Below are positions 54,090-64,000 of a stretch of DNA of 64,000 nucleotides, in pieces. Below the pieces are notes generated by a model. It did no database searches and was not told the origin of the DNA. It saw only the letters and a program-made list of their open reading frames with translations. The translations under genes were made by a program, and so were the position numbers. Numbering within the stretch: position 1 is the first letter of the stretch; every line of letters begins with the position of its first letter. Origin of the DNA: an uncultured SAR86 cluster bacterium. GTDB taxonomy: Bacteria; Pseudomonadota; Gammaproteobacteria; Magnimaribacterales; D2472. The stretch is from assembly GCA_902557645.1 (NCBI GenBank), contig CACEAP010000003.1, positions 135,936-199,935 of the forward strand, in the 5' to 3' direction.

Positions 54090-55100
54090 ATGGCTACAGA
54101 TAAAACTAAAGATCTTAAAGAGACCTTATCTCAAATAGAAAAGCAATTTGGTAAAGGTACTGTAATGCGAATGGGAGATAAAGAAAATCTCGATATACCA
54201 TCAATATCAACAGGCTCAGTTGGATTAGATATAGCACTTGGCATAGGTGGCATTCCTCAAGGAAGAGTAACTGAGATATATGGACCAGAATCTTCAGGTA
54301 AAACAACTTTAACACTTCAGATAATTGCTGAGTGTCAAAAAAATGGAGGAACGGCTGCTTTTATCGATGCGGAACATGCGCTTGATCCTCAATATGCAGC
54401 AAAACTCGGTGTAAATGTAGATGATCTTCTCTTATCTCAGCCTGATACAGGTGAGCAAGCTTTAGAAGTTGCTGATATGTTAGTTAAGTCTAATAGCGTG
54501 GATCTAGTAGTTGTAGACTCAGTAGCAGCCTTAGTTCCAAGAGCTGAGATTGAAGGTGAGATGGGTGATCATCATGTTGGACTTCAAGCTAGGCTTATGT
54601 CGCAGGCATTAAGAAAAATCACTGGTAATATTCAACGCTCAGGTGCAACTGTTATTTTCATCAATCAAATTCGTATGAAAATTGGAGTAATGTTTGGAAG
54701 TCCTGAGACTACAACAGGCGGGAATGCGCTTAAATTTTATTCATCAGTAAGACTTGATATTAGAAGAATTGGTGCAGTCAAAGAGGGTGATGAGGTTATT
54801 GGAAACGAAACCAGGGTTAAAGTTGTTAAAAACAAAGTCTCACCTCCCTTTAGACAGGCAGAGTTTCAAATTATGTATGGACAAGGAATTAATTCAGAAG
54901 GTGAAATTTTAGATTATGGACAAAAAATAGGATTAGTTGAGAAAGCTGGCTCCTGGTATAGCCATAACGGTGAAAAAATAGGACAAGGCAAAGTAAATGC
55001 AAGTAATTTTCTAAAAGAAAATACGAAAATTAGAGACTCCTTACTTAAGGCAATAAGATCTGAATATATTGTTTCAAATGCTAAGCCTGTAAAAAAATAG
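54090..55100 (+). CDS. recA: Recombinase A
   Basis: [37 protein letters not shown]; no intein. Confidence 0.99.
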   Translation: MATDKTKDLKETLSQIEKQFGKGTVMRMGDKENLDIPSISTGSVGLDIALGIGGIPQGRVTEIYGPESSGKTTLTLQIIAECQKNGGTAAFIDAEHALDPQYAAKLGVNVDDLLLSQPDTGEQALEVADMLVKSNSVDLVVVDSVAALVPRAEIEGEMGDHHVGLQARLMSQALRKITGNIQRSGATVIFINQIRMKIGVMFGSPETTTGGNALKFYSSVRLDIRRIGAVKEGDEVIGNETRVKVVKNKVSPPFRQAEFQIMYGQGINSEGEILDYGQKIGLVEKAGSWYSHNGEKIGQGKVNASNFLKENTKIRDSLLKAIRSEYIVSNAKPVKK

Positions 55101-55118
55101 AAATTAATTATTGGTAAT

Positions 55119-55170
55119 TCTCCTTACTTTAGATTAGCATTATTACTAATCTAAATAGGGAGATTTTGTT
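55119..55170 (+). terminator. Long hairpin after recA, probable intrinsic terminator that also includes the thiolase SD
   Basis: TCTCCTTA-C-TTTAGATTAG pairs with CTAATCTAAA-TAGGGAGA; followed by TTTTGTT. Confidence 0.55.
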
Positions 55171-55172
55171 AC

Positions 55173-56354
55173 ATGACTTCAAATAATGCATATATAGTTA
55201 GCGCTGTCAGAACTGCTGGTGGTAAGAAAAATGGTAAATTAAGCGGATGGCATCCTGCAGATCTTGGTGCTGAAGTTCTTAATGAGTTAGTAAACCAAAC
55301 AGGTATTAACCCTGAGGACATTGATGATGTTATTTTTGGATGTGTTGATCAGGTTGGTGCTCAATCTGGTAATTTAGCAAGAAATTCTGTTCTTGCATCT
55401 TGTTTGCCTGAATCTGTTCCAGGAACTACTGTTGATAGACAATGCGGATCATCTCAGCAAGCTATTCATTTTGCAGCACAAGCAGTAATGTCTGGTACTC
55501 AAGATGTTGTTATTGCTGGTGGAGTTGAAGCAATGTCAATGGTTCCAATTGGTGCAAGTGTTAAGGATGGTTTTGATGCTGGCCATGGATTTCCTTTTAG
55601 TGCAGAAGGAATTGCAAAGAGATATCCAGGTGTATTTTTCTCCCAGTTCACTGGTGCTGAACTAGTCGCAGAAAAATGGAAGCTATCTAGAGAAAATTTA
55701 GATTCATTTGCTTTAGAAAGTCATCAAAAAGCTAAGCATGCCACTGAAATGAAGTATTTTGATAAAGAGATTTTGCCATTAGCTGGAAGGAATGAGCATA
55801 ATGATAATGATATGGTATTTGCTGATGAAGGAATTAGATTTGATGCATCATTAGAGGCTTTAGCTGGATTAAATCCTGTTACTGAGGGTGGAGTTATTAC
55901 TGCTGGTAATGCTAGTCAGATAACTGATGGTGCAGCTGCAATTATGATTTGTAATGATGAGGGGTTAAAAAAGATTAAAGTAGATCCAAGAGCAAAAATA
56001 ATAGCATTATCAGTTGTTGGTGATGATCCAGTATTTATGCTCACAGGTCCAATTCCAGCTTCACACGATGTTTTAGCTAGAGCAAAAATGAGTATCGATG
56101 ATATGGATATCTATGAAGTTAACGAAGCGTTTGCACCAGTTCCATTAGCATGGGCTATTGAGCTTGGGGCTGATAAAGCTAAGTTAAACGTTAATGGTGG
56201 AGCTATGGCACTTGGACATCCTTTAGGTGCAACCGGAGCCAAACTCATGACTACCATGCTTCATGAGCTTGAAAGAAGAGAGGGCAAATATGCACTTCAA
56301 GCTATATGCGAAGGTGGTGGTACAGCAAACGCGACTATAATTGAAAGAATTTAA
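55173..56354 (+). CDS. Acetyl-CoA C-acyltransferase (thiolase)
   Basis: TVDRQCGSSQQA, NASQITDGA, EVNEAFA, GHPLGATG, CEGGG. Confidence 0.95.
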   Translation: MTSNNAYIVSAVRTAGGKKNGKLSGWHPADLGAEVLNELVNQTGINPEDIDDVIFGCVDQVGAQSGNLARNSVLASCLPESVPGTTVDRQCGSSQQAIHFAAQAVMSGTQDVVIAGGVEAMSMVPIGASVKDGFDAGHGFPFSAEGIAKRYPGVFFSQFTGAELVAEKWKLSRENLDSFALESHQKAKHATEMKYFDKEILPLAGRNEHNDNDMVFADEGIRFDASLEALAGLNPVTEGGVITAGNASQITDGAAAIMICNDEGLKKIKVDPRAKIIALSVVGDDPVFMLTGPIPASHDVLARAKMSIDDMDIYEVNEAFAPVPLAWAIELGADKAKLNVNGGAMALGHPLGATGAKLMTTMLHELERREGKYALQAICEGGGTANATIIERI

Positions 56355-56432
56355 GCAATACTTCATCTTTTTTAAAAATATCTAGATCTTATAACAATAC
56401 TAAATTTAGACTGTTTTAAAATTAATTAAATT

Positions 56433-58433
56433 ATGAAAAAAAAAGGTGGAATTTTTCTCTCTCTTATACTTGTAGTCGTTTTTTTAGTCTACGGTTTTAT
56501 TTTTAGATCAATAGATGAATTTCAACAGGTTCAATTTTCATTAGATAAGTCTTATTACAAAAAAGATAATACGATTAATATAAAATCTTTACCTTCACCA
56601 AATTTAAATAAAAATGCATATTTTGGTGACTTGCATATTCATACATCTAACTCATTTGATGCATATACATTTGGAACTATAAGCACTCCCGAGTTAGCTT
56701 ACAAATATGCTCAAGGCAAACCAATTCCTCACCCAACAGGATACGATATACAACTTAGAAGGCCTCTTGATTTCTATGCCGTAACCGATCATGGTATCTT
56801 TCTTGGTCTTTTGCCAAGTGCGGCAGATACAAGTTCACGATTCTCTAAGTATGAATACACAAAACCTCTTCATAATTTAAATAAATCAATCTCTAATAAT
56901 TTTTTAGAACTTTTAAAGAGACAAAATCTTTTTCAACAATTTGCTAGAAATACAATTGGTGGTCTCAGAGATGGTTCAATTGATAGAAATCTTGTAGATG
57001 ATATTCAGCAAAGTGTATGGAAAGAAACAATAAAAGCTGCTGATAATGCATATAAACCTGGATTTTTTACAACCTTTGCTGGATATGAATACACTTCTGC
57101 CGAGGATTTATATGATAATTATCTTCACCGCAATGTTATATTTAAAGATACTTCAAATCTTCCAAATAAAATATTTTCTAGACTAGATAGTATGAATCCC
57201 GAACCACTATGGGATTGGATGAATAATCTTAGAGCAGGCGGTATAGACAGTTTAGCTATCCCACATAATTCTAATATTTCAGGCGGTTCTGCTTTTTCTT
57301 TGGAATATTTTAATGGTGGTCCAATTGATGATGCTTATGCAACAAATAGATTGCTGAATGAGCCTCTAGTAGAAATCACACAGGTTAAAGGAACTTCAGA
57401 AACTCATCCATTAATTTCAAAGAATGATGAATGGGCCTCATTTGAAACAGATACTTCATATAAAGAATCAAATGAGATGAAAAATATAAAAGGTGCCTAT
57501 GTTAGAGATGCTTATTTAAGAGGTTTAACCATTGAAGAGCAGGGGATTTCTAATCCTTATAAATTTGGTTTAATAGGATCAAGTGATAGTCATGTTGGAG
57601 GAGCTTCTTACAATGAAGAAACTTTTATTTCTAAAGTAGGTATTTTAGACGGCACCCCAAAATTAAGGGGATCAGTCCCATTTAATAAATTTTATGGTTT
57701 TGTCATGAGCAAGATGCAGAAAAATTCAATGACTTATATTAATGATAATTACTACCTAGCAGTTGGCGGTCGTCTTATTTACTTTGGAGCTTCAGGTCTT
57801 GCTGGGGTATGGGCAGAAGAAAATACTAGGGAGTCTATTTTTAAAGCTTTTAAGAATAAAGAAACTTTTGCAACCTCAGGCCCTAGGATTAAAGTAAGAT
57901 TCTTTGGAGGTTATCATTTAGAAAATTATAAACTTGATGATAATAATCTTATAAAAAAAGCATATTCCAATTCTACTCAAATGGGTGGGAATATTTACTC
58001 CAATGGTATAGGTAGTCCTACATTTTTAATATGGGCAATTGCAGATCCTTACAGTGGAAAGTTACAACGTGCACAAATAGTTAAAGGCTGGATAGAAAAT
58101 GGAGAACATAATGAAAGAATATATGATGTAGCTTGCTCAGATAATTTAGATGTTGATTCAGCAACACACCGTTGTCCAGACAATGGAGCTAAAGTGAATC
58201 TTAGTAATTGTTCTACAAGCAATGTCGGTGATTCAGAATTAAAAACTTTTTGGAAAGATCCAGATTTTGTAAAGAATCAAAATGCTTTTTATTATGTTCG
58301 TGTATTAGAGAATCCTTCATGCAGATGGTCTACATGGGATTCAATAAGAGCAGGAGAAAAGCCAAGACCTGATATTGATGCAACAATCCAAGAGAGAGCC
58401 TGGACTTCACCTATCTGGTTTAAGGCAAGTTAG
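56433..58433 (+). CDS. DUF3604-family exported/membrane-anchored PHP-like metallohydrolase
   Basis: N-terminal TM; FGDLHIHT, AVTDH, HRNVIF, IPHNSN, GSSDSH; C-terminal QERAWTSPIW. Confidence 0.82.
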   Translation: MKKKGGIFLSLILVVVFLVYGFIFRSIDEFQQVQFSLDKSYYKKDNTINIKSLPSPNLNKNAYFGDLHIHTSNSFDAYTFGTISTPELAYKYAQGKPIPHPTGYDIQLRRPLDFYAVTDHGIFLGLLPSAADTSSRFSKYEYTKPLHNLNKSISNNFLELLKRQNLFQQFARNTIGGLRDGSIDRNLVDDIQQSVWKETIKAADNAYKPGFFTTFAGYEYTSAEDLYDNYLHRNVIFKDTSNLPNKIFSRLDSMNPEPLWDWMNNLRAGGIDSLAIPHNSNISGGSAFSLEYFNGGPIDDAYATNRLLNEPLVEITQVKGTSETHPLISKNDEWASFETDTSYKESNEMKNIKGAYVRDAYLRGLTIEEQGISNPYKFGLIGSSDSHVGGASYNEETFISKVGILDGTPKLRGSVPFNKFYGFVMSKMQKNSMTYINDNYYLAVGGRLIYFGASGLAGVWAEENTRESIFKAFKNKETFATSGPRIKVRFFGGYHLENYKLDDNNLIKKAYSNSTQMGGNIYSNGIGSPTFLIWAIADPYSGKLQRAQIVKGWIENGEHNERIYDVACSDNLDVDSATHRCPDNGAKVNLSNCSTSNVGDSELKTFWKDPDFVKNQNAFYYVRVLENPSCRWSTWDSIRAGEKPRPDIDATIQERAWTSPIWFKAS

Positions 58434-58439
58434 ATAGAA

Positions 58440-59720
58440 TTATTTATCTTTAAAAAAATCAAGTATTGTCTTTATATCTGAAATTGGGTTTGTTGAACTA
58501 TCACCATTTCTTGATTTTAACTCAATTTCTTTATTTTCAAGATATTGCTTACCAATAATAATATTTAAAGGTATGCCAATAAGTTCAGAATCCTTCATTT
58601 TTGTACCATATCCATCTTTCCTATCATCTAAAAGTACGTCATAACCCATTTGAGTTAATTCTTTATATAAATTCTGAGATGCAGATGCTATTTCCTCATT
58701 CTTATCATAACCAATAGCAATAATATTTATATCAAAAGGAGCAATGTTATGTGGCCAAATAATACCTCTTTCATCATTATTTTGCTCAATAGCAGCTGCA
58801 ACAAGTCTTGAAACGCCAATTCCATAACAACCCATATATAAAGTTGAAGCTTTACCTTCTTTATTTAAAACATTTGCTTTCATGTCATCAGCATAAATTT
58901 TACCTAATTTAAATATATGACCAACTTCAATACCTTTTTTTATTTGAATTGTTCCTTTACCATCAGGTGAAGGATTCCCTTCAAGAGATTGAATATCTTC
59001 ACCTTCTTTAAGTAATAACTCAGTATTTATTGCAAATTCAGATGAATCACTTACTGCAATTGTATCTTCTCCATTATCAGCTAATACATGAAACTCTTCT
59101 GAACTATCTCCACCAATAGCGCCAGAATCTGCAGCAGAAATTTTAAACTCAAGACCAATACGCTCAAGTATTGTTTTATAGGCTTCCCTCATAGCAAGAT
59201 AGGTTTCTTGCAAAGATTCTTCGTCCATATTAAAACTATATGCATCTTTCATTAAAAACTCTCTTCCACGCATAATCCCATATCTAGGTCTTACTTCGTC
59301 TCTAAATTTAGTTTGGATTTGATATAAATTTAGTGGAAGTTCTTTATAGCTTTTTACATTATTTCTAATAATGTCAGTAATAACTTCTTCATGTGTTGGC
59401 CCAAGACAGAAATCTCTATCATGTCTATCTTTAATTCTTAATAGTTCAGGCCCCATTTTGTCCCATCTTTGCGTTTCTTCCCATAATTCTTTAGGTTGAA
59501 CCATTGGCATAAATACTTCTTGAGCTCCTGATGCATCCATTTCTTCTCTAACTATGTTTTCTATGTTTCTGAGAACTTTTAAACCAAGTGGTAGCCATGT
59601 ATATATACCAGAAGCTACCTTTTTGATCATCCCAGCTCTTAACATTAATTTATGACTAATTACTTCAGCTTCCTGAGGCGAATCTTTGAGGGTTGGTAAT
59701 AATAATTTTGAAAGCAGCAT
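58440..59720 (-). CDS. proS: Prolyl-tRNA synthetase lacking the INS editing domain
   Basis: [44 protein letters not shown]; only 426 aa. Confidence 0.96.
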   Translation of the reverse strand: MLLSKLLLPTLKDSPQEAEVISHKLMLRAGMIKKVASGIYTWLPLGLKVLRNIENIVREEMDASGAQEVFMPMVQPKELWEETQRWDKMGPELLRIKDRHDRDFCLGPTHEEVITDIIRNNVKSYKELPLNLYQIQTKFRDEVRPRYGIMRGREFLMKDAYSFNMDEESLQETYLAMREAYKTILERIGLEFKISAADSGAIGGDSSEEFHVLADNGEDTIAVSDSSEFAINTELLLKEGEDIQSLEGNPSPDGKGTIQIKKGIEVGHIFKLGKIYADDMKANVLNKEGKASTLYMGCYGIGVSRLVAAAIEQNNDERGIIWPHNIAPFDINIIAIGYDKNEEIASASQNLYKELTQMGYDVLLDDRKDGYGTKMKDSELIGIPLNIIIGKQYLENKEIELKSRNGDSSTNPISDIKTILDFFKDK

Positions 59721-59782
59721 TTTAATAATTTTGTTATATATAAATCCTTATAGTTTATAATTTTATATTTTTTTAGAGACTT

Positions 59783-60076
59783 ATGCCTATTTATGACTAT
59801 AAATGTTCGAAATGTGACTATGAATTTGAGTTAATTCAGAAATTTTCTGATGATCCTGTAAAAAAATGTCCTAAATGTTTTAAAAATTCTCTATCTAAAA
59901 TGATATCTGCGCCTTCGTTTAGATTAAAAGGAGGAGGGTGGTATGAAACAGATTTTAAAACTGGTAAAAAGAAAAACCTTTTAAAGGATGATAAAAAAGT
60001 TGAATCTAGTTCGAAGAAAGTCAATAAACAAGATAAAATTACACAAAAGAAGTCAAAAGATAAAAAGGCGGGATAA
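59783..60076 (+). CDS. FmdB-family zinc-ribbon protein
   Basis: [11 protein letters not shown]...CPKC...[13 protein letters not shown]; upstream of aspS. Confidence 0.9.
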   Translation: MPIYDYKCSKCDYEFELIQKFSDDPVKKCPKCFKNSLSKMISAPSFRLKGGGWYETDFKTGKKKNLLKDDKKVESSSKKVNKQDKITQKKSKDKKAG

Positions 60077-60078
60077 TT

Positions 60079-61848
60079 ATGCGATCACACTATTGTGGTG
60101 AAGTTACATCAAAAGATCTTGATAGTAATATTTCGATATGTGGCTGGGTTCATAGAAGAAGAGATCACGGCGGTATTATTTTTCTAGATGTTAGAGATAT
60201 AAAAGGAATATGTCAGGTAGTAGTTAATCCTGAAAACAAAGCTGCATTTGAAATAGCAGATAAATGCAGAAACGAATATGTTATAAAAGTATCAGGTGCT
60301 GTTTTAAAGAGACCTGAAGGCACAATTAATGAGAATATGATAACTGGTGAGATCGAGCTAGAAGCAGATAACATTCAGTTATTAAATAAAGCAGCAACTC
60401 CAACCTTTCCTCTAGACGACTATCAAGAAGTAAATGAAGATGTTAGATTAAAAAATAGAGTGCTTGATCTAAGGCGCCCTGAAATGAATCATAGGATTGT
60501 TTCACGCTCTAAAATAACTTCATGTATTAGGAACTTTCTTGATAAAAATAATTTTCACGAAATTGAAACACCAATATTAACTAGAGCAACTCCTGAGGGA
60601 GCAAGAGATTATATATTACCAAGCAGAGTCCATCCTGGAAGTTTTTTTGCCTTGCCTCAATCCCCACAATTATTTAAGCAATTATTAATGATGGGTGGTT
60701 TTGATAAGTATTATCAAATTGCGAGATGTTTTAGGGATGAGGACCTAAGAGCCGATAGACAACCTGAGTTTACTCAGATTGATATAGAGGCATCATTTGT
60801 TGAGGTGAAAGATATTATTTCTTTAGGAACAGAAATGGTAAAACTTTTATTAAAAGAATTTGTAAATCATGATGTCAAAGAAATTCCAGAGTTAAATTGG
60901 CATAAAGCTATGGAGGATTATGGATGTGATAAACCTGATCTTAGAATCCCGTTAAACCTTATAGAAATATCTGATTTGGTTGCAAATGAGGAGTTTAAGG
61001 TATTCTCAGGCCCTGCAAATGAGGAGGGTTCTAGAGTAGTGGCGCTCAAGATACCGCAAGGAAATAACTTATCAAGAGGACAAATTGATGAGTATACAAA
61101 ATTTGTTAGCAAGTTAGGTGCAAAAGGATTAGCTTATATTAAGATTAACAATGTAAATGATTTAGAAAATGGATTACAGTCACCAATTCTTAAATTCTTA
61201 CATAAAGATACAATCAAAAGTTTAATAGAGAACTTAGATCTTAAGACTGATGATCTATTGTTCTTTGGTGCTGGCTCCAATAATGTTGTTAATTTAAGCA
61301 TGAGTAGTTTGATCAAAAAGATTGGTGGTGATCTTGATCTCTATACTTGTGATTGGGCACCTTGTTGGATTGTTGATTTCCCCATGTTTGAAAAGAATAA
61401 AGAAGGTAATTTAACATCCCTCCATCATCCTTTTACTATGCCAAAATCATCAATAGACGATTTAAATAACTCACCAGATACAGTTATTGCTGAGGCTTAT
61501 GATATTGTTTTAAATGGTTATGAGGTTGGAGGAGGTTCCATTAGGGTTCACAGTCCTGATATGCAACAAACAATTTTTAAAGCTTTAAATATCTCTGATG
61601 AAGAAGCTGAAAATAAGTTTGGATTTTTATTAAAAGCTTTGTCTTCAGGGTGCCCTCCGCATGGCGGCATAGCATTTGGTTTAGATAGGTTAGTTATGCT
61701 TCTAACGAACACTACAAATATTAGAGATGTTATAGCTTTTCCGAAAACTCAAAGCGCTTCATGTCTTTTAACTGAAGCACCAAATTCAGTTGATGAAAAT
61801 CAACTTGAAGAATTATTTATTGAATCTACATATATCGAGGAAGATTAA
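60079..61848 (+). CDS. aspS: Aspartyl-tRNA synthetase, probably non-discriminating
   Basis: [52 protein letters not shown]. Confidence 0.98.
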   Translation: MRSHYCGEVTSKDLDSNISICGWVHRRRDHGGIIFLDVRDIKGICQVVVNPENKAAFEIADKCRNEYVIKVSGAVLKRPEGTINENMITGEIELEADNIQLLNKAATPTFPLDDYQEVNEDVRLKNRVLDLRRPEMNHRIVSRSKITSCIRNFLDKNNFHEIETPILTRATPEGARDYILPSRVHPGSFFALPQSPQLFKQLLMMGGFDKYYQIARCFRDEDLRADRQPEFTQIDIEASFVEVKDIISLGTEMVKLLLKEFVNHDVKEIPELNWHKAMEDYGCDKPDLRIPLNLIEISDLVANEEFKVFSGPANEEGSRVVALKIPQGNNLSRGQIDEYTKFVSKLGAKGLAYIKINNVNDLENGLQSPILKFLHKDTIKSLIENLDLKTDDLLFFGAGSNNVVNLSMSSLIKKIGGDLDLYTCDWAPCWIVDFPMFEKNKEGNLTSLHHPFTMPKSSIDDLNNSPDTVIAEAYDIVLNGYEVGGGSIRVHSPDMQQTIFKALNISDEEAENKFGFLLKALSSGCPPHGGIAFGLDRLVMLLTNTTNIRDVIAFPKTQSASCLLTEAPNSVDENQLEELFIESTYIEED

Positions 61849-62585
61849 TGGCAGGTCATTCTAAATGGGCTAACATTAAACACAGAAAAGCAAGGCAAGA
61901 TGCTTCAAGAGGTAAAGTTTGGACTAAGGTTATAAGAGAGATAACAGTTGCCGCTAAAGGTGGTCCAGATCCAGCGGACAATCCTAGATTAAGACTGGCA
62001 TTAGATAAAGCAAATGCTGCGAATATGCCCAAAGATACAATAAAACGGGCTATTCAAAAAGGTTCTGGCACTGGAGAAATGGGAGAAATAGAAGAAATAA
62101 CCTTTGAGGGTTACGGTCCTAATGGCGTAGCAATATTAGTTGAAACAATGACAGATAATCGCAATAGAACAGTGGCAGATGTTAGGCATGCTTTTTCAAA
62201 ATTTGGAGGTAATTTAGGTACAGATGGCTCTGTTGCTTATTTATTTAATAAACTAGGAGTAATACAAATCGCAAAATCTTATAATGAAGATGATGTTATG
62301 GAGGTAGTTCTTGATGCTGGAGCTGATGATATGTCATCCAATGAAACAGGTTTTGAAGTAATAACCTCACCTACAAACTTAAGTGGTGTTTTAGAGGCTT
62401 TAAAAAATAAGAATATAGATACTATAGACGCTGAAACTACAATGAGAGCAGATGTTTTAGTAGATCTTGACTCTGAAGGTTCAGAAAAGGTTTTAAAAAT
62501 TATGAATTTTCTTGATGATTTAGATGATGTTCAAGAGGTTTATACGAATGGGGAGTTTTCAGATGATTTTGAGATTGAGGAATAG
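61848..62585 (+). CDS. yebC: YebC/PmpR family protein
   Basis: [37 protein letters not shown]. Confidence 0.97.
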   Translation: MAGHSKWANIKHRKARQDASRGKVWTKVIREITVAAKGGPDPADNPRLRLALDKANAANMPKDTIKRAIQKGSGTGEMGEIEEITFEGYGPNGVAILVETMTDNRNRTVADVRHAFSKFGGNLGTDGSVAYLFNKLGVIQIAKSYNEDDVMEVVLDAGADDMSSNETGFEVITSPTNLSGVLEALKNKNIDTIDAETTMRADVLVDLDSEGSEKVLKIMNFLDDLDDVQEVYTNGEFSDDFEIEE

Positions 62586-62587
62586 CT

Positions 62588-63016
62588 TTGCCAGTTAATT
62601 CAAGAGCTAAAGGTGCTAATTTTGAAAGAGAAATTGGAAATTTATTAGTTAAAGATCTTAATTTAATTAATCCTGTTAAAAGAATTCTTGAACAAACTAG
62701 AACAAAAGAATTGCCAGATTTAAGACTGGGAAGATGGTGTATTGAATGTAAGAGATATGGTGATGGAGGAGAGCCGCCTAAAGAATGGTGGGATCAAGTT
62801 CTAAGATCTTGTTCACAAGAGGATTCACTAATTCCCGCGCTAGTCTACAAATTTAATAGAAGACCAATAAAAGTAAGAATACTTGCTTCATCTATTAATT
62901 CAGAAATTAAAGATAATTTAATAACTATTGATTTATTATGGGAAGATTTTGTAAAGATCATTTTAGAGTTATTTCAAAAAGATATTCAACTTCATGAAGA
63001 AAGATTTCAAGTGTAA
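62588..63016 (+). CDS. Putative Hjc-like (archaeal/phage-type) Holliday junction resolvase, PD-(D/E)XK nuclease
   Basis: SRAKGANFERE...LPD...IECK motif set; TTG start with GAGG SD; occupies the ruvCAB position. Confidence 0.72.
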   Translation: MPVNSRAKGANFEREIGNLLVKDLNLINPVKRILEQTRTKELPDLRLGRWCIECKRYGDGGEPPKEWWDQVLRSCSQEDSLIPALVYKFNRRPIKVRILASSINSEIKDNLITIDLLWEDFVKIILELFQKDIQLHEERFQV

Positions 63017-63407
63017 CGATTTTCCAATAATTATTTTTTGCGAAGATACTGATTTCCAAGGAATTGTTTATCATGCAAATTATTTAAAATATTTTGAAAG
63101 AGCAAGAACACAATTTCTTATTGATCAAGGAATATCTCAATATGAACTTGAGAAATTAAATAGAGCCTTTGTTATTAGAGACATAAACTTGAGATATATT
63201 ACTCCAGCTAGGCTCGAAGAAAATCTTATTGTTAAAACCTCGGTAACCTTTATTTCAAAAGCTAGACTGCTTTTTTGCCAACATATTATTAACGTAAAAA
63301 ATGATACTATTATATGTCGAGGAGAGGTTGAGGTATGTTTCTTAGATTTAGATAAAAGTAAACCTAAGCCATTTCCTGAGAAATTATTAACAATTTTTAA
63401 TGGTTAA
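62994..63407 (+). CDS. ybgC: Tol-pal-associated acyl-CoA thioesterase YbgC
   Basis: EDTDFQGIVYHANYLKYFERART; upstream of tolQ. Confidence 0.93.
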   Translation: MKKDFKCNDFPIIIFCEDTDFQGIVYHANYLKYFERARTQFLIDQGISQYELEKLNRAFVIRDINLRYITPARLEENLIVKTSVTFISKARLLFCQHIINVKNDTIICRGEVEVCFLDLDKSKPKPFPEKLLTIFNG

Positions 63408-63413
63408 ACAAAA

Positions 63414-64000
63414 ATGAATGATATATCAGCAATTAATTTATTTCTTGAAGCTGGGCTCGTAGTCAAAAGCGTGATGGTAATTTTATTATTAATTTCTATA
63501 ATTTCATGGATCATCATATTTGAGAGATATCTTTTATACAGAAAAATTAAGAATTTAAATATAGAGTTTGAAAATAGATTTTGGTCAGGAGAAGACCTTA
63601 ATATTCTATTTGAGGAAGTAAATAATGATCAATTAATTCTTACAGGTTCCTCTAGCGTATTTAGAAATGCATTTAAGGAATTTAATAGATTGAAATCCGA
63701 TAATAATGTTACAGAATTAGATCTCGAAGGCATAAACAGATCAATGCGTGTGGCTATTGCAAGAGATGAAGAAGATATGTTGAAACATTTACCTTTTCTT
63801 GCAAATGCTGGATCTGTAAGCCCTTACATAGGTTTATTTGGAACTGTCTGGGGCATTATGACTTCATTTCAAGGTTTAGCGGATGCAACGCAGGCAACTA
63901 TTAATGCAGTTGCTCCAGGTATTTCAGAAGCTCTAATAGCAACAGCTATGGGTTTATTCGCAGCAATACCTGCTGTAGTTGCTTTTAATAGATTTACTTC
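63414..64000 (+). CDS. tolQ: TolQ, 3'-partial (not in the ORF track)
   Basis: ATG at 63414: MNDISAINLFLEAGLVVKSVM...FENRFWSG...SPYIGLFGTVWGIM...VAPGISEALIATAMGLFAAIPA. Confidence 0.95.
   Translation, partial: MNDISAINLFLEAGLVVKSVMVILLLISIISWIIIFERYLLYRKIKNLNIEFENRFWSGEDLNILFEEVNNDQLILTGSSSVFRNAFKEFNRLKSDNNVTELDLEGINRSMRVAIARDEEDMLKHLPFLANAGSVSPYIGLFGTVWGIMTSFQGLADATQATINAVAPGISEALIATAMGLFAAIPAVVAFNRFT

Noticed and set aside
62588-63016. Prophage or mobile-element remnant around the phage-like nuclease
   Set aside because: No integrase, att repeats or other phage genes; the ORF is tightly embedded between yebC and ybgC.

Overview
A 64-kb, AT-rich, very densely packed chromosomal segment of a genome-streamlined gammaproteobacterium. 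Gene order follows the Pseudomonas/marine gammaproteobacterial core with many genes excised; low GC, tiny intergenic spacers and lipid-catabolism genes suggest a SAR86-like marine lineage (inference). Content is mostly housekeeping: gatCAB, mreBCD-yhdP, mgtE-rpoN-lptBA-kdsD, mlaC-bolA-murA, degS/zapE, rplM-rpsI-petABC-sspA, lpoA/rsmI, RNase P RNA, a rearranged dcw cluster, rpsF-rpsR-rplI-dnaB-alr, pyrG-kdsA-eno-ftsB-ispDF-surE-pcm, fdxA, recA with a LexA box, proS and aspS-yebC-ybgC-tolQ. No tRNA, rRNA, CRISPR array, transposase or prophage was seen. Main oddities: (1) a single archaeal/phage-type Hjc-like PD-(D/E)XK nuclease sits exactly where ruvC-ruvA-ruvB normally lie; (2) ftsZ has moved to the front of the dcw cluster, between mraZ and rsmH; (3) the Rieske gene's Tat motif is reachable only from a non-canonical ATA start; (4) an uncharacterised diiron protein is coupled to dnaB-alr; (5) ProRS lacks its editing domain; (6) mutS and rpoS are missing from their usual locus; (7) several cell-wall and division proteins are reduced or have altered motifs. 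Absences refer to this window only.
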